56,771 bases of DNA from a virus (taxonomy: Duplodnaviria; Caudoviricetes): the IMG/VR virus record IMGVR_UViG_3300012952_000002, positions 1 through 56,771 of that record, one strand, 5' to 3'. The position numbers and the translations under genes were made by a program. Positions 37,905 to 46,803 of the stretch are shown piece by piece. Position 1 is the stretch's first letter, and each line of letters opens with the position of its first letter. Under the pieces are notes generated by a model that worked only from the letters and a program-made list of their open reading frames with translations, made no database searches and was not told the DNA's origin.

Positions 37905-37994
37905 TTTTCTCCTTTCTATAGGTGCATTAAAATGCATCTTTTATAGCTGTTAACAAACCCCCGTTAACAGCATTTTTAAAACACTGGAGGAAAC

Positions 37995-38186
37995 GTGCCA
38001 TCTTCAAAAAATAATTTACATCAACAAGAAATTACAATCACAATCAAAAATATAGATGATGAAGTAGTTAATTTAGAAGAATTAATACTTACTATTTTTG
38101 AAACTGAACAAGGAAAAGAAATCATACGTGAACTTATACGTACTGAACTGATTGAACTAATCGGAGGTAAAGATGAGCGACATTGA
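37995..38186 (+). CDS. Hypothetical protein
   Basis: GGAGG RBS, GTG start. Confidence 0.6.
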   Translation: MPSSKNNLHQQEITITIKNIDDEVVNLEELILTIFETEQGKEIIRELIRTELIELIGGKDERH

Positions 38187-38502
38187 TCCAGCAACAGCAA
38201 TACGAAACTTGTGTGAACACATTGGAAATCAACGTGCTACCAACAAACCAATAAAACACAGATTCTTTTACTACAACTACACCAATGATGCGACAGCAAT
38301 TATTGATCGTGATGGTAATCCAGCAATTGAGTACATGGATTACATGCCTGACTACATCGTGAGGATATGTAATAAATGGCTGGGTAACACAACCGCTGAT
38401 GTCGAAGCAGCAGTAGCGTGCGAGATAGCAGGTGATTGGAGTGACTTTGATACGCATTTTGTTAGGCAAGGTGCAATGGATCAATTAAAATTGGAGATAT
38501 AA
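38173..38502 (+). CDS. Hypothetical protein
   Basis: GGAGG RBS, 109 aa. Confidence 0.7.
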   Translation: MSDIDPATAIRNLCEHIGNQRATNKPIKHRFFYYNYTNDATAIIDRDGNPAIEYMDYMPDYIVRICNKWLGNTTADVEAAVACEIAGDWSDFDTHFVRQGAMDQLKLEI

Positions 38503-38504
38503 AA

Positions 38505-38882
38505 ATGGGTAGATATTACAACGGTGACATCGAAGGCAAGTTCTGGTTTGGCGTGCAAACTAGCGACGATGCAAATTTCTTTGGCGTAGAAGGACAAGCC
38601 CCTTACTTAGAATACTACTTTGTAGAGGACGATCTGCCAAAGATCCAAAGCGGTATTGATACGTGCTTAAAAGAACTTGGTGATATGAAAACGGAACTCG
38701 ACAAGTTTTTTGATAGCGGTGGTGCAGGACTGCATAGCAAAGAAATTTTGCAACAAACTTTCAATATACAAAAAGAAGAAACAAACAATTTTCTTATATG
38801 GTACGCACGACTTGAGCTTGGTAACAAAATATTAGAGTGCGTGAAAGAAAACAATGAATGTTCATTTAGTGCAGAACTCTAG
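38505..38882 (+). CDS. Phage hypothetical protein
   Basis: MGRYY.GDIEGKFWFGVQ.SDDA N-terminus; GGAG RBS. Confidence 0.75.
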   Translation: MGRYYNGDIEGKFWFGVQTSDDANFFGVEGQAPYLEYYFVEDDLPKIQSGIDTCLKELGDMKTELDKFFDSGGAGLHSKEILQQTFNIQKEETNNFLIWYARLELGNKILECVKENNECSFSAEL

Positions 38883-38893
38883 GAGGAGTAAAA

Positions 38894-39181
38894 ATGTTTC
38901 TAGCAGGTACAATCGCAGCACTAGGTATGATCTTTCTATTACTAAAGTTCAACCTAAAACGAGTAGTTAAATTCGACATCGCACTTGATGTCATCATCAC
39001 ATTCTTCTTTGTGTGGATCTTCTTAGGCACATTCTCAGGCATGATGGCTGGCCTCATGGCTGGTTGTATTGTGTCTATCTTCTTGTATGCAGCAAGAAGG
39101 TTTATGCCACGAGAAGAACTAAAGTTCGTCAAGACTACGAGCTTCCCCTACCGCAAATTTATCTGGGTCAAAGCCCAGTAG
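38894..39181 (+). CDS. Membrane protein
   Basis: AGGAGGAG RBS; three hydrophobic segments. Confidence 0.75.
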   Translation: MFLAGTIAALGMIFLLLKFNLKRVVKFDIALDVIITFFFVWIFLGTFSGMMAGLMAGCIVSIFLYAARRFMPREELKFVKTTSFPYRKFIWVKAQ

Positions 39182-39195
39182 AGGTGCGCACCGAA

Positions 39196-39295
39196 CCAGC
39201 GAGTGCCAGTTAACGGCTCCCGAAACCAGGGTAAAGACCGAAAAGGTAAGAGGGCAAAAACTACTCGTCATGTTAGCCGTGTGACAATTCGCTGG
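39196..39295 (+). ncRNA. Candidate multibranch structured RNA
   Basis: Intergenic; nested stems CCAGCGA/TCGCTGG and ACGGCT/AGCCGT enclose small hairpins. Confidence 0.4.
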
Positions 39296-39331
39296 GGGTA
39301 ACTTAAATCTTATAACTTTCAGGAGGAAAGT

Positions 39332-40087
39332 ATGCAAAAGGAGTCAAACTGGTACAAAAACGAGGAGGACTTAGCTCCTCGTCCCAACAATCCATACACC
39401 CAACTGTATGTAATGTATCGAGCATTGTACGAATGCAGTACCTCGCACAGTGGCACAGTAAAAGACGTAGCCTTTATGCTTGGCTGCATCGAAGCAAGTG
39501 GTGAGATGCCAGCAGGTATACGCCCTATTCGCCTCGACAAACATGGCAACAGTGCCAGTGATATGACTGCACGTTTGCGTGACTTATTCTATCGAGGCTA
39601 TGTAAGACGCGATGCTCCTGTTGATGAAGTGAATCCAACGGAGAGGCTCAACTACAACATGCCATATACTAAAACCGTACAGCTTGAAAGAGCAGTATGG
39701 AGGATTGCCACCAGAGAAGAGTTTGAGGAAGTAGCTGCGATATACATAAAGAAATCAATGGCAAGAGATAAAAAATACAGGGACTCTAGAAAAGGTGCTA
39801 AAAAAGAAGTCGTTAGATTAGTTCAAGGCGCTAAAGATTTTGCAGAACACGCAACGGATCTTTCTTCACAAAGACAAGCAGCTGAGAAAGAGTTCTTGGA
39901 TAAGAAATTAGCCTATGAAAGAGCTAGGTATAAAAATAAAACAAAAGAAACTTTGAAAGCACAAGCTCTTGAAGAAGTCAAAGCAGAGATCAAAGCCTCT
40001 CAGGTTAAGGCATTGAGATACGTCCTAACCTTTGGTGCTGGTGCTGGTATAGCTCTCATACTCACACTCTTGGGGAAACTTCTATGA
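39332..40087 (+). CDS. Hypothetical protein (possible HTH N-terminus, coiled coil, C-terminal TM)
   Basis: ARLRDL...GYV.R winged-helix-like segment; C-terminal hydrophobic anchor. Confidence 0.7.
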   Translation: MQKESNWYKNEEDLAPRPNNPYTQLYVMYRALYECSTSHSGTVKDVAFMLGCIEASGEMPAGIRPIRLDKHGNSASDMTARLRDLFYRGYVRRDAPVDEVNPTERLNYNMPYTKTVQLERAVWRIATREEFEEVAAIYIKKSMARDKKYRDSRKGAKKEVVRLVQGAKDFAEHATDLSSQRQAAEKEFLDKKLAYERARYKNKTKETLKAQALEEVKAEIKASQVKALRYVLTFGAGAGIALILTLLGKLL

Positions 40088-40629
40088 AAATATACAACGT
40101 CAACGAACAAATGATCAAGCTAATCAAACTGTTACGTCAAAAAGATATGTCTTTAGATCCACGCACACCATCTTACAAGTATGGCAATCCTGATATCCAA
40201 GCACAAATAAGAGACTGCTTGAACGCTCACAATGAGTTGGCCCTTAGTTCAGGATTCAGAGGTACATTTCGTGACGAAGTAACATTCAGCAAAAGGGATC
40301 TCAATATACTCAATACACCTCCCTTTCCAACTATTTCTGGAAGTCATAGGAAGTTTTGGGACGGTGAGATCATCTGGGACTACCACGCAGATGAAGAAGG
40401 ACTGCATCATCTGAACTGGTACTACTACAGAATCTTTATCACAGATGAAGAAGCAGAAGAAGAGTATCCCATATGGACTTGGTTACGACCTTGGCATATG
40501 AATGCAGATATTCTTGGAGAGAACTCAGGTCATGCCAACGATAAACAACTAGGAATGCTGTACGACAGAGCGCAAGAACACATGCGTGAGATAGCAGATG
40601 ACATTGAACTAGAAAAAGCGGGGTACTAA
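40084..40629 (+). CDS. Hypothetical protein
   Basis: 181 aa, ATGA overlap. Confidence 0.7.
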   Translation: MKIYNVNEQMIKLIKLLRQKDMSLDPRTPSYKYGNPDIQAQIRDCLNAHNELALSSGFRGTFRDEVTFSKRDLNILNTPPFPTISGSHRKFWDGEIIWDYHADEEGLHHLNWYYYRIFITDEEAEEEYPIWTWLRPWHMNADILGENSGHANDKQLGMLYDRAQEHMREIADDIELEKAGY

Positions 40630-40631
40630 AG

Positions 40632-40850
40632 ATGGGAAAAGTAGGAAGAAAAAGAAAATTTCCTGAAGGCGTTAGAAACCAAATAGTGTTTACAGTTGAT
40701 GATGACACGTTTAATCGTTTTATAGAAGCCAAAGACGTACTACAAAACAGTATGCCCGAAGCTTTGAAAAACATAGAAATCTCTAGGGTAGATGCTTTCA
40801 GAGGACTAATAGAATTTTTCCTCAATAACCACGACAACAAGGAGGACTAA
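40632..40850 (+). CDS. Small DNA-binding protein (ribbon-helix-helix-like)
   Basis: GRKRK arm, QIVFTVD strand, then two helices (ISRVDAFRGLIE). Confidence 0.45.
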   Translation: MGKVGRKRKFPEGVRNQIVFTVDDDTFNRFIEAKDVLQNSMPEALKNIEISRVDAFRGLIEFFLNNHDNKED

Positions 40851-40853
40851 ACC

Positions 40854-41291
40854 GTGGGCTATACACATTACTGGAAAACCACACAGCCAATGACGGCATA
40901 TGAATGGGCAGACATATGTAAATCTGCCATCACTTACTGCACCAGATCATCTGTACCAGTAGACATTAGAACTTCTATGTACATGCCAGCACCCTATGGC
41001 AAAGATACAAAACGCCTACGATCTGAAATAAAGATTGAAGGCATTGGTGAAGCAGGATATGAAACATTCGTTCTCTATCCATACGAAGAAAACTTTGCTT
41101 GTTGTAAAACAGGAAGGCGACCATATGATGAGATAATCGTAGCCGTACTCAATCGTGCAGCAGAACGTTGCCCTAAAAAGTTCTTCTGGAAAAGTGACGG
41201 CAACTGGGACGATCACGAAAGTGGTCTGACGCTACAGTATTCTCAACCAGCTAACCCTAAAACAACTGCTTACTACTGTGTAACTTACTGA
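40854..41291 (+). CDS. Phage hypothetical protein
   Basis: MGYTHYW...ETF...CKT.RRPYD...SDG; AGGAGG RBS. Confidence 0.75.
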   Translation: MGYTHYWKTTQPMTAYEWADICKSAITYCTRSSVPVDIRTSMYMPAPYGKDTKRLRSEIKIEGIGEAGYETFVLYPYEENFACCKTGRRPYDEIIVAVLNRAAERCPKKFFWKSDGNWDDHESGLTLQYSQPANPKTTAYYCVTY

Positions 41292-41299
41292 GGTGTGAC

Positions 41300-41458
41300 A
41301 TGACTATGCAAATAGACGAACTTGAAAAATTTTTGGAGTGGTTAAAAACTTCTCCAGCTACCAACTCTATATCTTCTATGTCTGGGGGATATGTTCACGT
41401 TAAATTCTTAATCCAACGTAGTCTAAATCAGATACAAAAAGAGGACGAAAAAGAATGA
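41300..41458 (+). CDS. Hypothetical protein (52 aa)
   Basis: Hand-translated MTMQIDELEKFLEWLKTSP...; GAGG RBS, ATGA overlap. Confidence 0.6.
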   Translation: MTMQIDELEKFLEWLKTSPATNSISSMSGGYVHVKFLIQRSLNQIQKEDEKE

Positions 41459-41637
41459 AGCTAAATAAAGCACAACAAAAATCCCTACACATAAAGTGGC
41501 TACAAGATAATCAAGGCTTATCTTACCTGCAGTTCAGACGCACCGTTGAATCAGGTTTAGGTATGGACAATTGTGCAATGGTAAAATGGGGCAACATGTG
41601 GCTAGGGATTGAAACTGACGGATATACCCATTCATAA
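41455..41637 (+). CDS. Hypothetical protein
   Basis: 60 aa ending WLGIETDGYTHS. Confidence 0.7.
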   Translation: MKLNKAQQKSLHIKWLQDNQGLSYLQFRRTVESGLGMDNCAMVKWGNMWLGIETDGYTHS

Positions 41638-41650
41638 ATCGGAGGAGAGT

Positions 41651-41830
41651 ATGGAGAAAGAGTATATAAAGTGTGCATTGTGCCATCAAGATATACAGCC
41701 TAATGCAATTGGTTGGGCAGAAGGACACAACGGACTACCTTTAGTTGACGGCAGAGTGTGTGATACCTGCAATTCATTTGTAGTAGAACACAGGATAAAT
41801 ACATTAGTGGGAGGTGAAAAATGTGGATAA
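41651..41830 (+). CDS. Small zinc-finger protein
   Basis: CALC...GHN..P...GRVCDTCN; GGAGGAG RBS before 41651. Confidence 0.7.
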   Translation: MEKEYIKCALCHQDIQPNAIGWAEGHNGLPLVDGRVCDTCNSFVVEHRINTLVGGEKCG

Positions 41831-42213
41831 AAGTAATTCCACCTGTCTACAAAAAACTGACTAAGACAATGCTAACCAAAGGCAATCCTGATTGCTTCAA
41901 AGAACTCAAAGCATTTGCCCGTCTGTTTAGCGTAGACTTTTCCAAGAGAGTAGAGCTACCGTTAGTCTTTACAGACGGTACAGAAACAGTCATCCGGTTC
42001 TATCAGGTGACAGGTAACGGTGGTCGTAAAGACTGTCGTTACAACATTCCAGCAGGGGTATTGAAACAGCAAGCAGAGGTAGGTGATACCATTGCTTTCT
42101 CGTTTACACATACCAACGATGGAAAAGTTATGCTTGTGGCTAACGTCACACGGCATAAAGAGTACGAACATCTCACACGAGATGAAATCAAATGGACCGA
42201 TACTGGTTCTTAA
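41821..42213 (+). CDS. Hypothetical protein
   Basis: GGAGG RBS, 130 aa. Confidence 0.7.
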   Translation: MWIKVIPPVYKKLTKTMLTKGNPDCFKELKAFARLFSVDFSKRVELPLVFTDGTETVIRFYQVTGNGGRKDCRYNIPAGVLKQQAEVGDTIAFSFTHTNDGKVMLVANVTRHKEYEHLTRDEIKWTDTGS

Positions 42214-42244
42214 TTATCACCAGAAAAATTTGGAGGTTTAAACG

Positions 42245-43396
42245 GTGAGAACAATCAACGATGTAGACGAACAAGGAAAACTAGAGTTTTTGCTTGAACA
42301 AGTACGAGATAATGAGTCTCGTAAAGTAGACTTCATGGCAAATACTATGGACCTACAGTTCAATGCTTGCACTAGCTCGAATGCCCAAGAAATGCCTGGG
42401 CCTCGTATCATTGCAGAAAGCAAAGGCGGTATGCCAACTAATACGTTCAAGGTAAACAACGTATGCTTGGATCAAATTACCACTGACGCTGGGCTATCTA
42501 TTAAAGACGGCAGACGTTTGACTGAAAAATACCCTGACGAGTATTCAGCAGTCATCAATGCAATCTGGCAGCAAGAGCCTAAAGTCAAACTGCTACGTAC
42601 TTATGAAACTGACAGCCGACTCGACATAGCTCGTGCGTGGCTATCAAACAAGTACAAAGTCTTTGACCACGCACATATGGTTGAAAGTGCCATAGATTCT
42701 ATTGTTGACAGCGATGCACAATGGAAGATCACACAAGGCACAATAACCGACAAGCGTATGTACATGCAGTTCAAGAGTGAACTTACTGTTGCAGAGCCAG
42801 CAGTCGGTGATCGCATGGCACTTGGACTTAACATCTCAAACAGTGAGACAGGTAACGGCAGCATAGTCATTGGTCAGATGATGTTCACACTTGCTTGCCT
42901 CAATGGTATGCAAACATCACAACTACTAGGCCGTGTACGCAGACCTCACTTGGGTAAAGCTAGAGGTTGGGAGTCAGGTGAATTACAGTACCTACGACAA
43001 GACACCATTGATGCTCACAACCATGCAACAAGACTTGAGATACGTGATCAAATGTCACGCATGAGCAACACTGAAAGCTTTGATGAAACTATCAGGCACA
43101 TGGAACTTGCTCACAGTCGTACCGTTGATGGTCAACCAGCTGAGACAGTTGAACGTTTAGGTCAAGTGCTAAATCTAACTAAGCCACAGACTAAATTTGT
43201 CCTTGATGGTTTGATTCAAACTCTCCGACAAGATGGTTATCTAGGAAGAAAAATCAATCAAGCTACTTTGGTCAATGCAGTAACAGCTGTACAACATACG
43301 GCTCCACCTGATGACGTAAAGGAATGGCAAAAGCTAGGCGGTAAGGTACTTGAGCTTCCAAGCAGCCAATGGGAATACGTAGCGAGGGCAGCCTAA
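42245..43396 (+). CDS. DUF932-like protein
   Basis: RAWLS.KY, I.NSETG.GS, L.C.NGM and LVNAVT motifs. Confidence 0.7.
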   Translation: MRTINDVDEQGKLEFLLEQVRDNESRKVDFMANTMDLQFNACTSSNAQEMPGPRIIAESKGGMPTNTFKVNNVCLDQITTDAGLSIKDGRRLTEKYPDEYSAVINAIWQQEPKVKLLRTYETDSRLDIARAWLSNKYKVFDHAHMVESAIDSIVDSDAQWKITQGTITDKRMYMQFKSELTVAEPAVGDRMALGLNISNSETGNGSIVIGQMMFTLACLNGMQTSQLLGRVRRPHLGKARGWESGELQYLRQDTIDAHNHATRLEIRDQMSRMSNTESFDETIRHMELAHSRTVDGQPAETVERLGQVLNLTKPQTKFVLDGLIQTLRQDGYLGRKINQATLVNAVTAVQHTAPPDDVKEWQKLGGKVLELPSSQWEYVARAA

Positions 43397-43459
43397 TGTG
43401 GATGAGGATATTGAAATTCATCGAAATCCTCAGTTACTTATACTTAGCTAGGAAATTCT

Positions 43460-43678
43460 ATGGCAAAGAAACCGAAGTACCCACTGCTGGATTGGAAGAT
43501 GATGTACGGAGAGATACCGTTCACAATTCAAACCGATCCACCCGAAGCCATCACGCATCGGACCCATCGACTGAAGAAGTCAGAGATAAAAATTCTTCAG
43601 AAGATGGATAGAACAACAGCTGCTGATATTCGTCAGGAAATATTTGATGACATCATTGCATCGGAGAAGTGCGATTGA
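43460..43678 (+). CDS. Hypothetical protein
   Basis: 72 aa, AGGA RBS. Confidence 0.55.
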   Translation: MAKKPKYPLLDWKMMYGEIPFTIQTDPPEAITHRTHRLKKSEIKILQKMDRTTAADIRQEIFDDIIASEKCD

Positions 43679-43684
43679 TATACT
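43656..43684 (+). promoter_or_regulatory. Sigma70-like promoter for the replication genes
   Basis: TTGCAT-N17-TATACT with an extended -10 TG. Confidence 0.6.
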
Positions 43685-43795
43685 AAGCGGCTGTGCCAAA
43701 GTCTAGCGCATGTGGTAGCGCACTCCGACAGGTATGACCGAGCCTGTAGGCACAAAGTCGGTTCTCATATAAACAAATGAAACGAGGTACGTTCT

Positions 43796-45169
43796 ATGGC
43801 AGTTCCTGCTTTCTCTCACCAACGAGAGACTACTAACTTCATACTAAACAACGAGCGAGTCCTGATCACATCAGATCCAGGGACAGGTAAAACTCGTGCA
43901 GTCCTTGATGCATTTGCAGAACTGGTAAAGCAAAACCCAGACAGTCGCATGTTGGTACTTGCACCACTGTCTATCCTGCAAGCCTCGTGGGTTGAAGACA
44001 TTGAGAAGTTCACACCACACCTTACCTGTGTTGTAGCCTACTCAAAGAACAGAGAGAAAGCATTCAAGGAATCAGCCAACATCGTTATCACCAACCACGA
44101 TGCAATCAAATGGCTCGACAAAAACAAAAAGTACATCGATGCCTTTGATACCATTTGTATTGATGAGTTCACTGCTTACAAGAATCGTGCAAGCCAACGA
44201 TCTAAAGCAGCAGGTCGAGTCATCAAATCATTTAGCAGACGTATTGCCATGAGTGGTACACCCAACGGCAATACTATCCGTGACATATGGCATCCTACTA
44301 AACTGGTCGATGACGGTGAAAGGTTAGGCCCCTCGTTCTTTCCATTTCAACAGCAAGTCTGTGTTCCCAAGTTAATACAGCTGGGTAACCGCGTAGTAAC
44401 AGAGTGGTTAGACAAAGAGAACGCAGAGGAAATGGTGGCTGTCCAACTGCAAGACATTACGATCCGACACAAGTTAGAGGATTGTATTGACATGCCAGAG
44501 CAGACAGTCACCATGCGTAAGGTAACTTTGCCTAAAAAAATACAGCAGCAGTATGAAACCTTTGCCAAGGACAGTGTGCTGTACACAGGTAAAGCTACCA
44601 TCAATGCCATCAACGCAGGAGTAAAAGTAAAAAAGCTCCTGCAGTTATGCACGGGTGCAATATACAAAGAAGACGGCACATCAGAAGGTATCCATACAGA
44701 ACGTTATGATCTGGTCATGGAGCTAGTCAAACAGCGTAAGCATTCACTGGTTGCATTCAATTGGAAACATGAACGTGATCACATGATTGCTATTGCTGAG
44801 AAAGAAGGCATTGCTTATCGAGTGATTGATGGTGATACACCGGAAGAAAAACGCAAGAAGGTAGTGGATGAGTTACAGCTGGGAGAACTACAAGTTGTAT
44901 TCTGTCATCCACAAAGCGCAGGTCATGGGCTGACTATGACTAAAGCTACCTCAGTTATCTGGTGTTCACCAACTTACAATGCGGAACATTATCTTCAGTT
45001 CAACCGCAGGATCTATCGTGCTGGTCAAACCAAACGAACTGAAATCATTCAGATAGCTGCCAACGATACATGGGAGCCAGAGGTTTACAACAAGCTGGGT
45101 CACAAAATGAATCGTATGGAAGAGCTACTGAGCATCCTGAAAACCACAACGGAGATCAAACATGGGTAG
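43796..45169 (+). CDS. SF2 (SNF2-like) DNA helicase
   Basis: DPGTGKT, ICIDEF, MSGTP, SAGHGL and Q...RIYRAGQ. Confidence 0.9.
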   Translation: MAVPAFSHQRETTNFILNNERVLITSDPGTGKTRAVLDAFAELVKQNPDSRMLVLAPLSILQASWVEDIEKFTPHLTCVVAYSKNREKAFKESANIVITNHDAIKWLDKNKKYIDAFDTICIDEFTAYKNRASQRSKAAGRVIKSFSRRIAMSGTPNGNTIRDIWHPTKLVDDGERLGPSFFPFQQQVCVPKLIQLGNRVVTEWLDKENAEEMVAVQLQDITIRHKLEDCIDMPEQTVTMRKVTLPKKIQQQYETFAKDSVLYTGKATINAINAGVKVKKLLQLCTGAIYKEDGTSEGIHTERYDLVMELVKQRKHSLVAFNWKHERDHMIAIAEKEGIAYRVIDGDTPEEKRKKVVDELQLGELQVVFCHPQSAGHGLTMTKATSVIWCSPTYNAEHYLQFNRRIYRAGQTKRTEIIQIAANDTWEPEVYNKLGHKMNRMEELLSILKTTTEIKHG

Positions 45170-45317
45170 AGTTAAAGACCTAGAAGTTGAGAGGTTAGAA
45201 AACCTAACTGAAGAAGAACAACAAAAAGAAATGGAAGAACAAGCATTAGCAGATATGGCTGAAGCTAGGTATCTTGAAGAATGTGAGCAAGAGGAGAGGA
45301 AAGAAAATGGAAAATGA
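45162..45317 (+). CDS. Small acidic protein (51 aa)
   Basis: Hand-translated MGRVKDLEVERLENLTEEE...; GGAG RBS. Confidence 0.55.
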   Translation: MGRVKDLEVERLENLTEEEQQKEMEEQALADMAEARYLEECEQEERKENGK

Positions 45318-45939
45318 TATGATCAGCATAGAGCTAGATTATGAGATGTGGTGCAGCTTTTTAAAAGACACCAATATCCCACCAGAAAAATACACTGAGT
45401 ACGCAACAAACCCTCACCAACAAATTAAAGTCGAGTTTACTGACAAAGAAGATGCGGCTCTTTGTATTGAGTACATAGGTAACTTTGACCCAGAAGAAAA
45501 GCTATCACCATTAGCTCCCGTGCCTGACGCATGGACTCCAGAAACTCTTCCTGATATGAAACTTGCAGAGATAGTACGTATTGCAGGTGGTAAAACTGCA
45601 CGTAAGAAAGAGCTTGATGCTCAACTCAAAGATGTGAAAGGCGACCTTGAGATACTCAACTTTCATATCTTAAAGAGGTTAAAAGAAGAAGATCAAACAA
45701 AAGGAAAGTACGGTGATTTTACCGTATCTATTTCATCCCAGATTCAACCGCAGCCTGATCCCGACAAATGGGAAGAAATCTATCAGTGGGCGGTGGACAA
45801 CGGAAGGACTGACATGTTGATGAAACGAGTCAACGCAGCACCTTTCAGAGAAGCTTTGGAAAGTGAGGACATTGAGAATCCACCATCGGATTTGATCGGT
45901 ACTTACACCAAAGAAACAATAAACTTGAGACAATTGTAA
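45307..45939 (+). CDS. Hypothetical replication-module protein with coiled coil
   Basis: Probable start MENDM; C-terminal KKELDAQLK...WE..Y.W...KRVN pattern. Confidence 0.65.
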   Translation: MENDMISIELDYEMWCSFLKDTNIPPEKYTEYATNPHQQIKVEFTDKEDAALCIEYIGNFDPEEKLSPLAPVPDAWTPETLPDMKLAEIVRIAGGKTARKKELDAQLKDVKGDLEILNFHILKRLKEEDQTKGKYGDFTVSISSQIQPQPDPDKWEEIYQWAVDNGRTDMLMKRVNAAPFREALESEDIENPPSDLIGTYTKETINLRQL

Positions 45940-45953
45940 AAGGAAAAAAACTT

Positions 45954-46664
45954 ATGTCGAATGAAATGGCAATACTGTCAGAGAAGCCCAAATACCTAGT
46001 AGACTTTGACGAGTCGAAAGCTAGAGGCAACGAAGGCATTGATTCAAGTCAACTGGCTAAACCCAGGATGAAGTTGTTACAAGCCACTAACCCTGAACTG
46101 CTTGAAGGTTCAGAGAAATACATTGACGGAGCAAAGTCAGGACACTTTGTTGATATACTCAACAAGAAAACCTATGGCCCTGAGTTTCTTTGTATCAATA
46201 TCGCAGTCAAAGAAACCTTTGTTATTGAAAATAGTTTCAATGCAGGGGGTGGATTCTTTGGTACGTTTGATAACCAACAAGACGCAGAAAGCCAAATAGA
46301 ATCTGTGCTTAAAGAAAACAAAGAACTCAAAGCAGAAAACGTTGCAGTATGGCGACATCACGAGCATCTGTTATACCTTGCAGACAGTGATATGAACCTC
46401 AGTGCAACACCTGTACTTTGGGACTTAAAGAGCAGTGCTATCAAGCCTTCAAAAGCTTGGAACACTCAAATACATAGCCAAGCAGGTCATCGCTTTTCAT
46501 ACATATGGAAAGTAAAAAATGCTACAGCTAGTAACGGGAGTAACACTTGGTTCACATTTGCCACAGAGTTAGCTCGTGGGGACAGCGGTAATCCTTTGTA
46601 CACACCAGAAGGATTAGTGCAGAATATTCAGGAAATGCTAGATTCAGATGGCTTTAGCTTCTAA
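45954..46664 (+). CDS. Putative ssDNA-binding/annealing protein
   Basis: GNE.I....L..PR.KLLQ..PE...GAK.G.F, SKAWN, acidic/aromatic C-terminus (DSDGFSF), position before polA. Confidence 0.5.
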   Translation: MSNEMAILSEKPKYLVDFDESKARGNEGIDSSQLAKPRMKLLQATNPELLEGSEKYIDGAKSGHFVDILNKKTYGPEFLCINIAVKETFVIENSFNAGGGFFGTFDNQQDAESQIESVLKENKELKAENVAVWRHHEHLLYLADSDMNLSATPVLWDLKSSAIKPSKAWNTQIHSQAGHRFSYIWKVKNATASNGSNTWFTFATELARGDSGNPLYTPEGLVQNIQEMLDSDGFSF

Positions 46665-46803
46665 ACTATTCTAAAGAAACAAAGGATGATTTGTTCAGAT
46701 TACGGGTGGGATCTGTAAGCGTTGATCCTTTCCTTTGTTTCTTGTCCCCTTTCATTGGAGGATCAACGCAACCACCCATTTCAATAATTTGCAGGAGGCA
46801 AAT

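Noticed and set aside
43369-43611. Overlapping ORF MWMRILKF...
   Set aside because: Largely overlaps the 43460-43678 ORF, which has the better RBS; not excluded, but unsupported
46735-46803. N-terminal extension of DNA polymerase
   Set aside because: GTG at 46804 has an AGGAGG RBS and sits just before ExoI; the extension lies in the structured leader
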